Below, piece after piece: positions 1 through 18,268 of a DNA stretch of 64,000 bases. Under the pieces are notes generated by a model. That model was not told the DNA's origin, did no database searches, and saw only the letters and a list, made by a program, of their open reading frames with translations. Both the position numbers and the translations under genes were made by a program. The number at the start of each line of letters is the position of its first letter. Within the stretch, counting starts at the first letter, position 1. This DNA comes from Enoplolaimus lenunculus. Taxonomy: Eukaryota. The DNA lies in the NCBI GenBank assembly GCA_030248215.1, contig JASANG010000932.1, positions 62,001-126,000 of the forward strand, given 5' to 3'.

Positions 1-1744
1 ACAGATGTTGTTAGATATTTAAGTCTTAAATTCTTGTCTGCCATTATTAATTTGAGTAGTTTTTTATGTTTTAAATTTGAAGAATTTTCAAATATTTTAC
101 GCGAGATATTTCAATGTTAACCTGTTGTGCACCATCTGCCTATACGCTTTTTAGTCAAATTTACCAAAAACGCTACTGTTTAACAGCGTTTAAATCCCAC
201 ACTCGGTCTGTTTAAATAAAGTCGAACCGATACACAAGCATAATTGTGTCACAAAATTAGTATCTTTTTAGAACGCTAAAATAGCATTCTAAGTATTAAC
301 AGCGTGAACCAATCAAAATAAGTTTCAAAAATTTCCAAAATATTTCAGCAACCAATCAAAATGTTTTAAAATCGAAATATTTCTAAACGACACAGAGTAA
401 GAACGCGGAGCAAGGAGTTGTGGCAAGATTTCTACAGATAAATATTTTTTGCAACCAAAAATTCTTTTAAAGCTGAAACTTTTTGGCCAGGGGTGAGCCA
501 AAAATGTCCGTATGGAAAAGTTCTTTCCGTCAGTGACACCGGACACTGCAAATTTATTCTGAATAACAACACAAATCATAAAATATGTTGTTGAATCGCA
601 ACTAGCCAATGAAAATGCTTCTTTGAAAATATAAATTTTCATCACCCAATCAGAACAACGCGTACAAACCATCGAATATATTGTAGAATCGCAAATAGCC
701 AATGAAAATGACGCGTTGAAAATTGAATTTTTCATCAGCCAATCAGAACGTTTGAAAATGTTTAGTTTTAAAGTATAAAATTTTTAGTTTCTATTTTAAA
801 ATCTAAAACTACCGTAATTTCTAAATACTCTTGTAAGCAGTAATTGTGACGATTTGATGCTCGTTTTAATTGCTAAATTTAATCTGTTTTATGCCTTCTG
901 TATCGTCAGTTACGAGCCGTATACATTCCCGTTTCGACAGCGTCGACTTTTAGTCGAATACGTATCAGTTGTTACCTATTTTTGTTAGTCAAATACAGCA
1001 ATTAAAATTAAAAACATTTCGTATTTTTAAACGATTAGATTCTTACAGCGCAGTCCTGCAACTAGGGATTGTTACATAGAAATGGCCGAAAAATTTGAAC
1101 AAAAAATATCCAGCTTGTGGGTGGAAAAGGTTCACAGAATTCCGGGGACGCCAAATCAGTTTCTCAACTGTAGTTTTGGCATTGCATTTGTCTAAAAATT
1201 TAACAACTATCACCAGTTAGTGATAGGTTTTGAAACGAAATCAACTACGGTAATACTTGTGTTTTAGAAATGCAAACATATATATTATATATAATATATA
1301 TATTTATATATCTATATCTAATATATATTTATATATCTGTATATAATATATATTTATATATCTGCTAGGGCCACGCAAGTTCTATTAAAGCTGTTTGCTC
1401 TTTGACGGTAAAAAGTCACAATTATAAACGGGCGGAAATTGTTCAAATTTTAGTGCTTAATTTGTCAAAATTTAAATTTTAAACGTGTGAATCTTTTAAT
1501 TCATTTATTTAAAGTTAGATCAGATGGCAGCCTCAGGACGGCCGTAGGCAAACCATTTTAGGATGAATAAACACGCGAAGAAGTTTTGGCAAAGCGAACG
1601 TGGCGAGCAAAAAAATATTTTTACGCTAATTCTAGAAGCTATGAAAGTGATTTTTTTCTGGTTTTGCCAGAAAATTTGGGGATGGAATAAAACCGGCCAG
1701 TCTCCCATTTCATACGCATTTGGTTCTCTGCGTTCTAAAATATT

Positions 1745-2439
1745 GGTCCATGTATAGAACAGGGGCTTAGGCTTAGGCTTAGGAATAAGCTCATGCATAC
1801 GCTTAGGCTTAGGCTCAGGCTTAGGCTTATGCTTAGGCTTAGGAATAAGCTCATGCATACGCTTAGGCTTAGGCTTAAGCTTAGGATTAGGCTTAGGAAT
1901 AAGCTCATGCATACGCTTAGGCTTAGGCTTAGGCTGAGGCTTAAGAATAAGCTCATGCATACGCTTAGGCTTGGGCTTAGGCTTATGCTTAGGCTTAGGA
2001 ATAAGCTCATGCATACGCTTAGGCTTGGGCTTAGGCTTATGCTTAGGCTTAGGAATAAGCTCATGCATACGCTTAGGCTTAGGCTTAGGTTTAGGCTTAG
2101 GAATAAGCTCATGCATACGCTTAGGCTTAGGCTTAATCTTAGGCTTAGGCTTAGGCTTCGGAATAAGCTCATGCATACGCTTAGGCTTAGGCTTAGGTTT
2201 AGGCTTAGGAATAAGCTCATGCATACGCTTAGGCTTAGGCTTAGGTTTAGGCTTAGGAATAAGCTCATGCATACGCTTAGGCTTAGGCTTAGGTTTAGGC
2301 TTAGGAATAAGCTCATGCATACGCTTAGGCTTAGGCTTAATCTTAGGCTTAGGCTTAGGCTTCGGAATAAGCTCATGCATACGCTTAGGCTTAAGGATAT
2401 GCTTATACTACTGTTCCGGCCCTGTTCTATACATGGGCC
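1745..2439 (+). mobile_element. Telomere-repeat MITE (GGCC-TIR family) with expanded TTAGGC minisatellite
   Basis: Left end GGTCCATGTATAGAACAGGG, right end CCCTGTTCTATACATGGGCC. Interior has 12 copies of spacer GAATAAGCTCATGCATAC separated by (GCTTAG)n, periods 48-60 bp. Flanks AAAATATT/AAAATACC. Confidence 0.85.
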
Positions 2440-2509
2440 AAAATACCGATGCCAGTTTTTATTGCTAATTATTTCGTCTGCATTAAAACAATTCTATTTT
2501 AGAATATTC

Positions 2510-2645
2510 GGCCCATGTATAAAACTGGGCCGGATCGTTTTCCGGCGGGACTGTAATAGAGTCAGTTTAAGCTATAGACTAACGTTTTTGCTTAGGCTTA
2601 TGGATATGCTTATACTACTGTTCCGGGCCTGTTCTACACATGACC
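2510..2645 (+). mobile_element. Telomere-repeat MITE, short copy
   Basis: GGCCCATGTATAAAACTGGGCCGG...CCGGGCCTGTTCTACACATGACC with a short GCTTAGGCTTA core. Confidence 0.7.
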
Positions 2646-3703
2646 GAAAATTTTGTTCCGTTCCACCGCGAGACAGCAATAGTAAACCGATAGCAAAGTA
2701 ATCCAAAGTCAACTTTATGGCTTAGACTTTAACATTAGGCTTAGGCTAATGTTTTGTCTTCGATTCGTATTACTATTTCGTTGGTTTGCTTGTTTGAAAA
2801 CCAAAGCTAACTGATGATAGGTGCTTAAGCGTTCGACTGACAATTTTTGAAAAATTAAACAAAGCAAGTCCAAACCAGTAACCTACAGTGTATAAGATTT
2901 CAAAACGCTTATAAGGGGGTAATATTCTACAACAATTGAACTTAAAACCGTTTTTTGGTCTGTTTCAAAAGCCTTCGCTAACTGGTGACAGGGGCTAAAT
3001 TTTGGACCCCGTAGAAAATTTTCAACCTTGATCGCAAGTCATCAAAAAGCCTTGAGTGCCCTTCCTGAAAATTTTAGCCCCCCTTGCATGGTAAGTTGGC
3101 TACTGGCCTGCCCATGAGGATCCCCATTCTCATGACGTCACCGTAAAATAGAAGTGATCCAATGACGTGACTCTCGCCTTTTTCGTTTTTAACCCCAACG
3201 GAAATTGTAGTTTTGTCGATATAAAAATGGTAAATTGAACCATGGTATCCTAAATTTACGTTAATGTTGCCGACATTATGTACAAATATATACAAGGTCA
3301 CGGTATAATTAAGTGCTACACCATATAAACCTTGTTTACTTCAAACTTTGCAAATATTACCACACCAGTATGGTCAAGTAAAATAATTATTGTATTCAGT
3401 TGACTCGGACAAAGTCAAACCAAGAACAACCAGTCAAAACCAGTTTGCATTCGAGCAGTTGTTTGTACTGTCGAGTCTTCCAATCAAAATCAGTTTGCAT
3501 TCCAATCGCTGTTTGGACTGACCAATAACAACTATTGTTGTTTCGGACGTTCCAGTTGACAACTTGAAGCCAGACAGCTGTTCGGGGCACGACATATTAA
3601 TATATATATTTTTGATTTTTAGCACCGAATTGAATCTCAATTATTTCACTTAATTTCGGACCAAAATATATTAATTTTTATATTTTTGTTATTTTTTGAA
3701 AAA

Positions 3704-9337
<5,634 letters not shown>

Positions 9338-9430
9338 CAACAACAACAACATAACAAAAATAACAACCAACGACAACAACAACAACCAACAACAACAACA
9401 ATCAACAACAACAACAACAGCAGCAGCAGC

Positions 9431-9486
<56 letters not shown>

Positions 9487-9833
9487 CCAACAACAACGAA
9501 CAACAACAACAACAACAACAACAACAGCAAAAACCAACAACAACAACGAACCACAACAACAGCAACAACCAGCAAGAACAACAACACCAGCAGCAGAAGC
9601 AACAATAACAACAACAACGAACAACAACAACAACAACCAACAACAACAACGAACAACAACAACAGCAGCAGCAAAAGCAGAAACAACAACAACAACAACA
9701 ACCAACAACAACAACAACAACGAACAGCAACAACAACAACAACAACAACAACAACCAACAACAACAACAGCAGCAGCAAAAGCAGAAACAACAACAACAA
9801 CAACAACCAACAACAACAACAACAACGAACAGC

Positions 9834-9865
<32 letters not shown>

Positions 9866-10040
9866 CCAACAACAACAACAGCAGCAGCAGCAGCAACAAC
9901 AACCAACAACATCAGCAGCAGCAACAACAACCAGCAACAACAACAGCAGAAACAACAACAACAGCAGCAGCAGCAAAAGCAGAAACAACAACAACAACAA
10001 CCAACAACAACAACAACCAACAACAACAACAACGAACAGC

Positions 10041-10105
<65 letters not shown>

Positions 10106-11347
10106 CCAACAACAACAACAGCAGCAGCAGCAACAACCAACAACATCAGCAGCAGCAACAACAACCAGCAACAACAACAGCAGAAACAACAACAACAACA
10201 ACAGCAGCAGAAACAACAGCAGCAACAACATTGCGGCAAAGCGACTCCAGTGAAAATATCAAAAATAAATCAAGTGACAGTATATGCAATTTATTAAAAC
10301 CATACAACTGTAGTGACCTCAATAAGAGAAACGGGGTAACAAGAAAGGTTTCTATTTTGAGTCACCATCAATATGAACCTGTATACCTAAAAGAGAACAA
10401 ACCAGAACAATGGCCTGTACTGCTCAACTATGTTTAACAGTAATCAACAAAAATGTTTCGTAGCAAATCAGTTCTGTCCAAACGAAAGATAAAATGAAAG
10501 GTGTTTAGTCTTAATATAACATTATTAGAGACTTAGAAAAATAATTAACATTTCACAATCGAATAACTAAAGTGTACCTGCTGGAGAGGCAAAATAAATA
10601 TCAGTTCCGCATCTTATTCGGGTCACTACAGTAATACAACTTGAGAACAATTTCATTAATATATGCATTTCAACAATTGTGATGTAACATTAGTGATTAA
10701 AGCATATATATCTCGTGTTGCTATCTCGAATGCCAAAACGGCCGACTCCTTTTCTTTCTAAAAGGCCTAAATCCAATCCGCCATCACAGTTCATAAAAGT
10801 TTTACGCTTTCGGTGCAATTCAGGTTCAGTATTGTGTTATTCACGTTTATTTGGTTTCTCGCTAGCTTCCATCGCATCTTTTCTGCTTTATGTATTACGG
10901 ATAGCGTAATTTTTGACAGTAATCCCTTAAAACTTTCTAGCGTTTTTATAACAGCGAGGTCGTCTCTGTTATTAGTCAATTTAACGATCTCAGCATTGCA
11001 GGGTACAACCGGAGGTTGGCCACCGGCTCCGCCAAAGAAAATCGTCATCTCCGGCATAAAATCGACGTCTCCGGCACTGGCACAAAATCGACCTCTCCAG
11101 CTCCGGCACCAAATCGACCTTCGATTACGGTAGAATTTTTTCGGAGGTCCGGCAATTTTGGTAGTGAAATTTTTTTAAAGTTTCAAAAATTTCTTCATTC
11201 AATGCGTCCGACTGTAAGTTTTGATACAGTTTTGAAAACAAATTGTTGGGATTTCTTCAAAAATAAATTTCAAACCAAAATTTTTAGCAACACTTTAACA
11301 GATATAGGCTAAACTTAACAAACTAAACATTGTTTAATCTACTTATA

Positions 11348-11955
11348 CACACAATCAATTGTCATATATTCAAGAAATACAGTCTGAAATTTAAGAGAAT
11401 TGTGTCTTAATACAGACTCCACACGCACATATGTCATGCATTTCAGACGTTTATTTCTTAAATTTTTCAGAAATATGGGTCTGAAATTTTGAGACTTTAA
11501 TGTCTGATATTCTTGAAATACACGACAAAGATTTTCCACGAAAACGACTCCAAAATTGGGGCTCATGCTCAACCAAGTACTTCAATTTTACAACCTAAGA
11601 TACGTCCAATACGTAAATTTAAGTTGCTTTGAGCCTGAGCTCAAAACGAAATATCTTTGAAATTCGATTATTTATATACCCTTTTAAGAATACAAACGGA
11701 GCAACTTTTTTTACATACATCAAATTATGCAAATTAGTTTTGAATATAAAACAAATATTTCTTGAAAGGAAGAAATTTATGTCTTATAAATTGGCAAAAG
11801 TAAATTTCTTAAATATAAGACATTTGTGTTTTAACCATTTCAGATAGAAATTTTTGAGTTGTTTAATGCTATCGTGTGAAATACCAGACATTTATGTCTT
11901 GAAAATTTAAGAAAGCGGAAGTCTTGAAATTTCGAGACAATTTATTTTGTGTGTG
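11348..11955. mobile_element. Degenerate CAC...GTG-ended MITE
   Basis: Left CACACAATCAATTGTC versus right GACAATTTATTTTGTGTG; interior has recurring TTAAGA/TCTTAA motifs. A similarly built TA-flanked element lies at about 50026-50263. Confidence 0.45.
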
Positions 11956-13628
11956 TCATTTTGTGTCGTTCGCGCCTTCACCGTTGGATTCGTCAAAGTT
12001 TGTTGACTTCCGGTTTCTGTTCGGACTGTGGCATGTGGGCACGTCGATGGAGTAACAGGCAACACAATTCTTGGTGGTAGGAACACAATGGTTTTAGATT
12101 TCATGGTAAAGGATCGAGAGGGGCGTCTGGGTGGTAAACGGCACCGCGCGGCATAGAAAACTACAAATTTTCTGTCCTATCATTTTGATGCCTTCATCAT
12201 CACCGCAAACTTTATCGCGTTTTATAATTTAAGAATTAATTTAGTCTGTGAGAGTTGTGTCTGCTGAAACGTCTTTGAGGTCTTAAAAGTATATGGCTTC
12301 GTGTTAAAAACCGATCAAATATTATTTTACACTGCTGGATATACTAGGAAGCCGGTTTTGCGCAATGCGCAATTGTTAGCGAATGCACTAATATCTTCAC
12401 GCAGATTTTCTTTTCATACAACAACCATCATGTTTATGTTTTAAGAAGGGAGACGACCACGTCTACCAGCGTTATCCAAGCGAGCGTATCAAACGAGAAT
12501 TTTTTTAGACTCATGCAGTTTACTGTATGCTACAGCCTATCAAAGTGCCTTTTTCGAACCTTTCAAGAAATTTGGGAAGGGGTGTTTGGAAACGGTCTGG
12601 ATACATTATAATCTTGCGGATCGCACATGAACGCAATTTTAGACTTGTAACCAATGAAAATTTTCGCTGGGCGGTAGGACCGTACCCGTAGCCAAGGGAT
12701 GGCAAGGGTCGCTCAACTTCTAAGGTAAAATTTTGGCCTCGTAGAAAATTTTCAACTTTGAGTGTAAAGTCAACAAAAACCCTTGTACTGTAATGACCGG
12801 AATAAGAGGGGGATTGATATTTATTTGATTTCAGCAGAGGGTACACCCTGTTATTCGGTTATGGACTGTTATTTATTTTTAACCCACCCTCTGCTGTTCG
12901 TTGCTTCTGGTATATATCCGGTATTGCAATTATCCGTTGAATTAAATATTTCAGTTATGAAACGCAAAAATTGTAAGGTGGGGACCTTATCATTTTATCA
13001 TCAAAAAATTTCCTTAGGGATAAAAATTGTAAATAATTACCTTACCGTTCTATCACAAAAAATTCTGCTGGAAAAAATGTGTTTTTGCAAAAATATTTTC
13101 TGAGAGGAAAAAATTGCAAGATAGGGACCTTACCATTTTAACACAAAAAAATTATCTGACAGGGAAATGCTGGATCCGTTAGTGATTACAAAACAGGTTA
13201 CCAGTGAGTTGATTTTAACTCATCCTGATTTAATTAATCAACTCCACCGGAATCAATTCAACTCAGAGTGAGAATCAAGTCAACTCAGAGTGAGTTAATC
13301 TTAGCATTTATTAACTCAAAAATAACTAACGATTCGTCTGAGTTGATTAATTAACTCATTGAAATTATACAGTGTAGTTTGCCACACGAACAATAGTCGT
13401 ATTTGATTTTTACTGTTTTCTTGCACGATGTTTACAAGGTTGATAGCCTAATATTGAGTTTCATACACTTACCATCATATCCGTGTTTTTACTATATTCA
13501 GCGAATTTAAGGTCAAAACTAACAAGCCTATTTAGCCTAAGCTGGTAATTATGCATGATTAGGTATGGCAATAAATATCACGCGTCTAAACAAACATTCA
13601 TTCTGAATAGTCAGATCTCATAGAGGCA

Positions 13629-13810
13629 TGGGCCCGTAGCCAAGCGGGTCCAGGGAGACTCAGGGTCCAGGGAGACTCAGCCCCCCAGGAAAATCTTTGC
13701 CCCCCTAGAAAATTTCAACCTTGATTGCAAGTCATTAAAAACCTTTGAATGCCCCTCCTGACAAATTTTTAGCCTTTCCCTCTAGCAAGTTGAGCTAGTT
13801 ACAGGCCTTT
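13629..13810. mobile_element. hAT-like MITE, (CA)GGCCCGTAGCC...GGCTACGGGCCT(G) family
   Basis: TIRs plus body GAAAATTTTCAACCTTGATTGCAAGTCA; flanks TAGAGGCA/TAGAAGCA. Related copies at about 2989-3110, 12680-12785, 16300-16469, 25800-25920, 39020-39172, 39590-39745, 45115-45343 and 49505-49635. Confidence 0.65.
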
Positions 13811-14051
13811 AGAAGCATTTGAATATGGCAGCAACATCTGTTGCGAGTCGCCAGTTAATGCTTAGTTTAAGCGTTGTGTAAGCCGAATTTCGGTTCGGAA
13901 AAATATAACTAAAGTCAAAAACAAAAGAGTATGAAAGCGTTTGTAGGTTTAAGATGAAAAATATTAATTGCTTAATTATAACCTTTTCAAGGACGAATAT
14001 ATTCTATTTCATCATAAATCTAATTTCAAGCTGTAATTCGAACTACCAGTA

Positions 14052-14471
14052 CATTGTATTATAAGTTCCTCTCAGTTGATTTTAACGACCAGTGTAAAAA
14101 CAGAGGCGGAACAGTATTATAAACATATTCCTAAGCCTAAGCCTAAACCTAAGCGAAACAAAAAATTAGTCTAAAGCTTAAAGTTTACTCTATTCTAGTG
14201 CCACAGAAAACTCTTCCGCCCCTGATCTTTACATGGGCCATTTTAACTCATAATGAGTTGAATGGCTCAGTCTGAGTGAGGACTATCAGAACTCAAAATT
14301 TAGAGTTCATTCAAATCATTCTGATGTAAATCAATCAACTTTACCAGAATCAACTTAACTCTGAGTAAAAATCAACGAAACTCGTAGTGAGCTAAAGCTG
14401 TCTGTTGTAAACTCAGAAATAAACTAACTTTCCGTCTGAATTGAATAATTAACTCATTGGAATTTGCAGTG
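14052..14471. mobile_element. CACTGTAAATTCC...GGAATTTACAGTG family MITE (GAGTTGA-rich), interrupted by a telomere-repeat MITE
   Basis: Same body as 31026-31277 and 50508-50753; ends GGAATTTGCAGTG-TA. Confidence 0.65.
14087..14239 (-). mobile_element. Telomere-repeat MITE, nested insertion
   Basis: TIRs present; perfect 8-bp TSD ATTTTAAC on both sides. Confidence 0.85.
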
Positions 14472-14949
14472 TATATATGTTGGCTGGGAGGTGTTTACCA
14501 TAACTATTCAGTTATTGACGCTTGACTCTCGAACCAAACGGGGGTTCATCTTACGTGTTGTGGAAATTTTATATTCGTGCAATAATTGCTAAAATTTGTG
14601 CATTTATTGCACGTACCAACTATTTGCAATTTAGTTGCTCATAGTATACTCCATGCGGTAAAAAAGTTGAACCAGGTTTGTATTTTATCATATTTTTCCA
14701 GCACTTACTCGAAGTAGTAGGGAGTAACCTACTGCGCACCTTTTCATATAAGCCGCATAGTTTAAAATAAAAACTCTGTAGCTTATTATGTTTTGACCAA
14801 AATTTGTCAGAAAAACAACTAACTTTACCTTTCTAAGCAGAAATAATTGTGTCTTAATTATATTTCATAAAACTGTTTATTCTACTGTTTCTGCTGATTC
14901 CACGGCTGGCTGACTAGTTTAGCTTAAACGGCCAAGGGTCTATTCCTCA

Positions 14950-15197
14950 GGCCCATGTAAAGATCAGGTGCGGAACGCTTTTCTGTGGGCCCCAATAGAG
15001 TAAGCTTATGCTTTAGACTAATATTTTTGCTTAGCTTAGGCTTAGGCTAACGCTTAGGCTTAGGAATATGTTCGTTGTTACGCTTATGCTTAGGCTTAGG
15101 CTTAGGAATATGCTCAGCTTACGCTTAGGCTAAGGCTTAGGCTTAAGCTTAAGAATATGCTTATACTACTGTTCCGCTCATGTTCTTTACATTAGCC
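14950..15197 (+). mobile_element. Telomere-repeat MITE
   Basis: GGCCCATGTAAAGATCAGGTGCGGAAC...GTTCCGCTCATGTTCTTTACATTAGCC; flanks ATTCCTCA/ATGCCTAA. Confidence 0.8.
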
Positions 15198-15380
15198 ATG
15201 CCTAATAATCCACATTTTTTCGTCACACCGTGAGAAACAATGCCTGTCTTGAATAATTGTTAAGAAATTGCAACATCTTAGTTTACAAGCAAACGTTTTA
15301 GTTGTTTTTGGTGAAGTCTTAAACCTTAATCCAATTTAAGTCATTAACTAATGTATTTAGTAAAACCTTTTAGAATAGAC

Positions 15381-15383
<3 letters not shown>

Positions 15384-15462
<79 letters not shown>
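15384..15462. repeat. (TA)n microsatellite
   Basis: About 39 uninterrupted TA units. Confidence 0.95.
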
Positions 15463-15464
<2 letters not shown>

Positions 15465-15800
15465 CCGTGCGTCACCGTGCGTCACCATACGGTATCGTAC
15501 TGACACGATTAATTCGTTTGCAGTACCTCACGGTAACGAACGGCGACAGACGGCGTTGGACAGTGACAAACGGCGCCTGACGTCATAAAAAGTTTAGCGT
15601 CACTATTAGAAGGTACCAGATCAGCATTCTCAGTTGTGTGTGACACCTAATGCTATCTTTCGAACGGTACCCAGGTGTACGATATGTGCATTTACTGCGA
15701 GAGATCAAACAAAATTTTCTCCAGCATTGAAAGCATTCTATGCTTAAATCAGACTTATTTGTTAAGACATTAATATTAAACGCGTTATTTCATTGAAACT

Positions 15801-16021
15801 CACTGCAAAAAATGGTGCGTCAAATTGACTCTCTTCGAAATTGGCTTTTTCGCACTATACAAACTTTAGTCAAATGAGACTCTGCCATAGTCAAATTCAA
15901 CACACTGAGTGACCCGAGTGCGTTGAATGTGACTCTGGCAGAGTCGAATTTGACTCAGTTTATGTAGTAGCGTTGAGCCTATTTCGGAGAGAGTTAATTT
16001 GACTCATTATTTTTTGCACTG
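15801..16021. mobile_element. Palindromic CACTG-ended MITE (GAGTCAAATTGACTC family)
   Basis: Same foldback structure as 21069-21291. Confidence 0.7.
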
Positions 16022-17201
16022 TAGACAATACGTGCCGGATATTATAAAACTACTTTTCGAAAAGCAGGTGAAAGTATCGAGTAATAATCGTCTCTCTGTG
16101 AATATCGGGGAAGTCGTATATACTCTTTTACCCCCCCCCCCCAACCCATCCTGTACTGTTGGGTCTGTTTTCCTCCCGGCTCCAAAATCTTTTTCCTCGC
16201 TTAAATCGTTTTTTAAAATCATTTCAATTTTGCCAACAATGGATAGGTATTAAGCCTTGAACCTGAAATGCTATTGTTGTTGTGTTTAGTTCAGTCACAC
16301 GACGTGGTCGTAGACAAGGGGGGGCGGTCAGGGCTGGGACTGAGCCGCCCCTTGAAAAAATTCGGTGTCCCTTGAAAATTTTCTACTTTGCTTATAAGTA
16401 ATTGAAAACGGCGTTTTATGCCGTTAAATTTTTCGACACCCTTAGCAAAGTGAGCTGGCTACGGGCCTACGTTCATACCGTATATTTGACAGTGACAACA
16501 AACACTGTATACAGATGGACGATTGGGGGGATCCGATTGTGACGGAAATTTTCTAGAGCCAATAAATAAAGTACTTTTCAGGCTACAGAACACCATTCTG
16601 GTTCTAAGATGTCAAAAAAATTTGGTTCATTACACATGATAGCTCGCACTAAACCGTTTATACCCGAGATATACCCTCTACAAATGAAATTCTGACTACG
16701 CGTTCATTGGACTGACGGTAGAACAGTATATGACGCCAATAAAAGAATTAACACTCACGGTTTGAAAGGGTACACCAAGACAATATGGAACCTTGTATAG
16801 CTGTATTGAGTTCGTATGGTCCAAACGACAGACCTTTAGCCGGGGTTTTTTTCCACTGAAATTTCAACAGTCGTTTTAGAATTGTCACCGTATTGTCTGA
16901 GTAGCGCTGATACTAAAACGGTATGTTTCTTATGGCCATGATGTAAAGAACCGGGGCGGAACAATATTATAAGCATATTCCTAAGCGTACGCCTAAGCCT
17001 AAGCGGATAAGAATGAGCATATTCCTAAGCCTAAGCCTAAGCCTAAGGCAAGCACAAAATTACTGTAAAGTTTAAGCTTTTAATAGCTAGCGTTCCGAAT
17101 TGCAAGTCGCCAAGAGCGTAGGCAAGAAGAATGGTAAGGAATTAGAATTTGTTTTAAGGTTCGTTTCTAAGTTTGAGATACTTTTTGAGATGGTCTGGAG
17201 G

Positions 17202-17575
17202 CAGGGTGTAACCGCATATCTGTTTCTGTTTCAGTTTCCGGCAAAAATCGGTATCCGTTTTTGTTTCTGTCTCCGTTATAAAAATAACGAAAATTCTGTT
17301 ATTTTACATTCAAATATTAGTTATAAATCACGTATATATCGGCAATTTTTTGTGACAGATATGCAGCAATTGCTCGAAATGAAATAAAAATTACGAAATG
17401 CATTCATTGTATTGAAAATTTCGAAGTATTCGCCATTTTGTCTTTGAAGTTTTACCGATGAACATACGCTCAACAATTGTATTGGATGGAATAAATCATT
17501 TTTGAAACTTTTATAGTTCAATATCCGTTTTTCGTTTCCGTTATTTTGATCAATATGCGTTTCGTTTACACCGTG
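17202..17575. mobile_element. hAT-like MITE (CAGGGTG termini)
   Basis: CAGGGTGTAACCG...CGTTTACACCGTG; flanks TCTGGAGG/TCTAGAGG (7 of 8 match). Related fragments at about 18430-18790 and 31990-32165. Confidence 0.65.
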
Positions 17576-17837
17576 TCTAGAGGCCTACTCTATTGTAAGC
17601 ACTTCATATCTTGAAGAACCAATTTTACAACCGCTTCAAAGTACTGGTGAATCCAGCATTTTTTGGAATAAAGTTACTTTCCGGTAAAAGGGGTATTTTT
17701 TGGGTTGAACCTTGTAAAGTTCGAGTCTGGCAAGGGCTGGTCATAGCAAGTGCGCCCACTCCCTTGAAAAGTAATAATTATGACGCCCTGAAGTCAACAA
17801 AGATGTGAAAAAATTCTTTCAAACGTTTAATAACGTA

Positions 17838-18268
17838 CTGTAGTGACCCGAATAAGACGGGGGACTGATATTTATTTTGCCTTTCCAGAGAGCACCCCCC
17901 CCCCCTTGTTATTCGGTTACAGACTGTTATTTATTTTTAACCTACGCTCCGCCGCCCTTCGTTACTGATATATATTCGGTGCTGAAATTATCCGTTGAAT
18001 TAAACGTTGATTTGGCTTGTGTCAATATCTTGAGCGATAATGCAAGGTTATACTTAGGAATGTACTTTCATTGGACCTCAAGTTATTTGGTCCTGGAGTC
18101 ATTTAGACGCCACAGTTAGGGTTATTTGACATTTATGGACTCTGATTAAGGTTTAAGGACTCTATCCGCTTTTATGGACTCTTTAGGGATACGGACTCCT
18201 ATTAATTGGGACTCAAAATAGGGACCCCCCTTTTATTACCGCTCCCCTTCTTATTCGGGACAATACAG
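17838..18268. mobile_element. TA-flanked (Tc1/mariner-like) MITE, CTGTAGTGACCCGAATAAGA TIR
   Basis: TA|CTGTAGTGACCCGAATAAGA...TCTTATTCGGGACAATACAG|TA. Full sister copy at 45535-45981; fragments at about 10575-10633, 12788-12945, 19477-19616, 48380-48448 and 48740-48871. Confidence 0.8.

Noticed and set aside
581..749. Duplicated ~95-bp unit with CCAAT boxes as a promoter
   Set aside because: Similar sequence recurs at about 5385-5430 and 12610-12665, so it is more likely a dispersed repeat; no adjacent gene start.
1520..2701. Long ORFs encoding [24 protein letters not shown] and GLGLGL repeats
   Set aside because: By-products of a 6-bp-register TTAGGC array inside a MITE; several frames are open on both strands and there is no domain or splice context.
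11955..12190. GC-richer, minus-strand open stretch (..MKSKTIVFLPPRIVLPVTPSTCP..) as a possible exon
   Set aside because: No recognisable homology and no partner exons identified; needs RNA-seq or tblastn.
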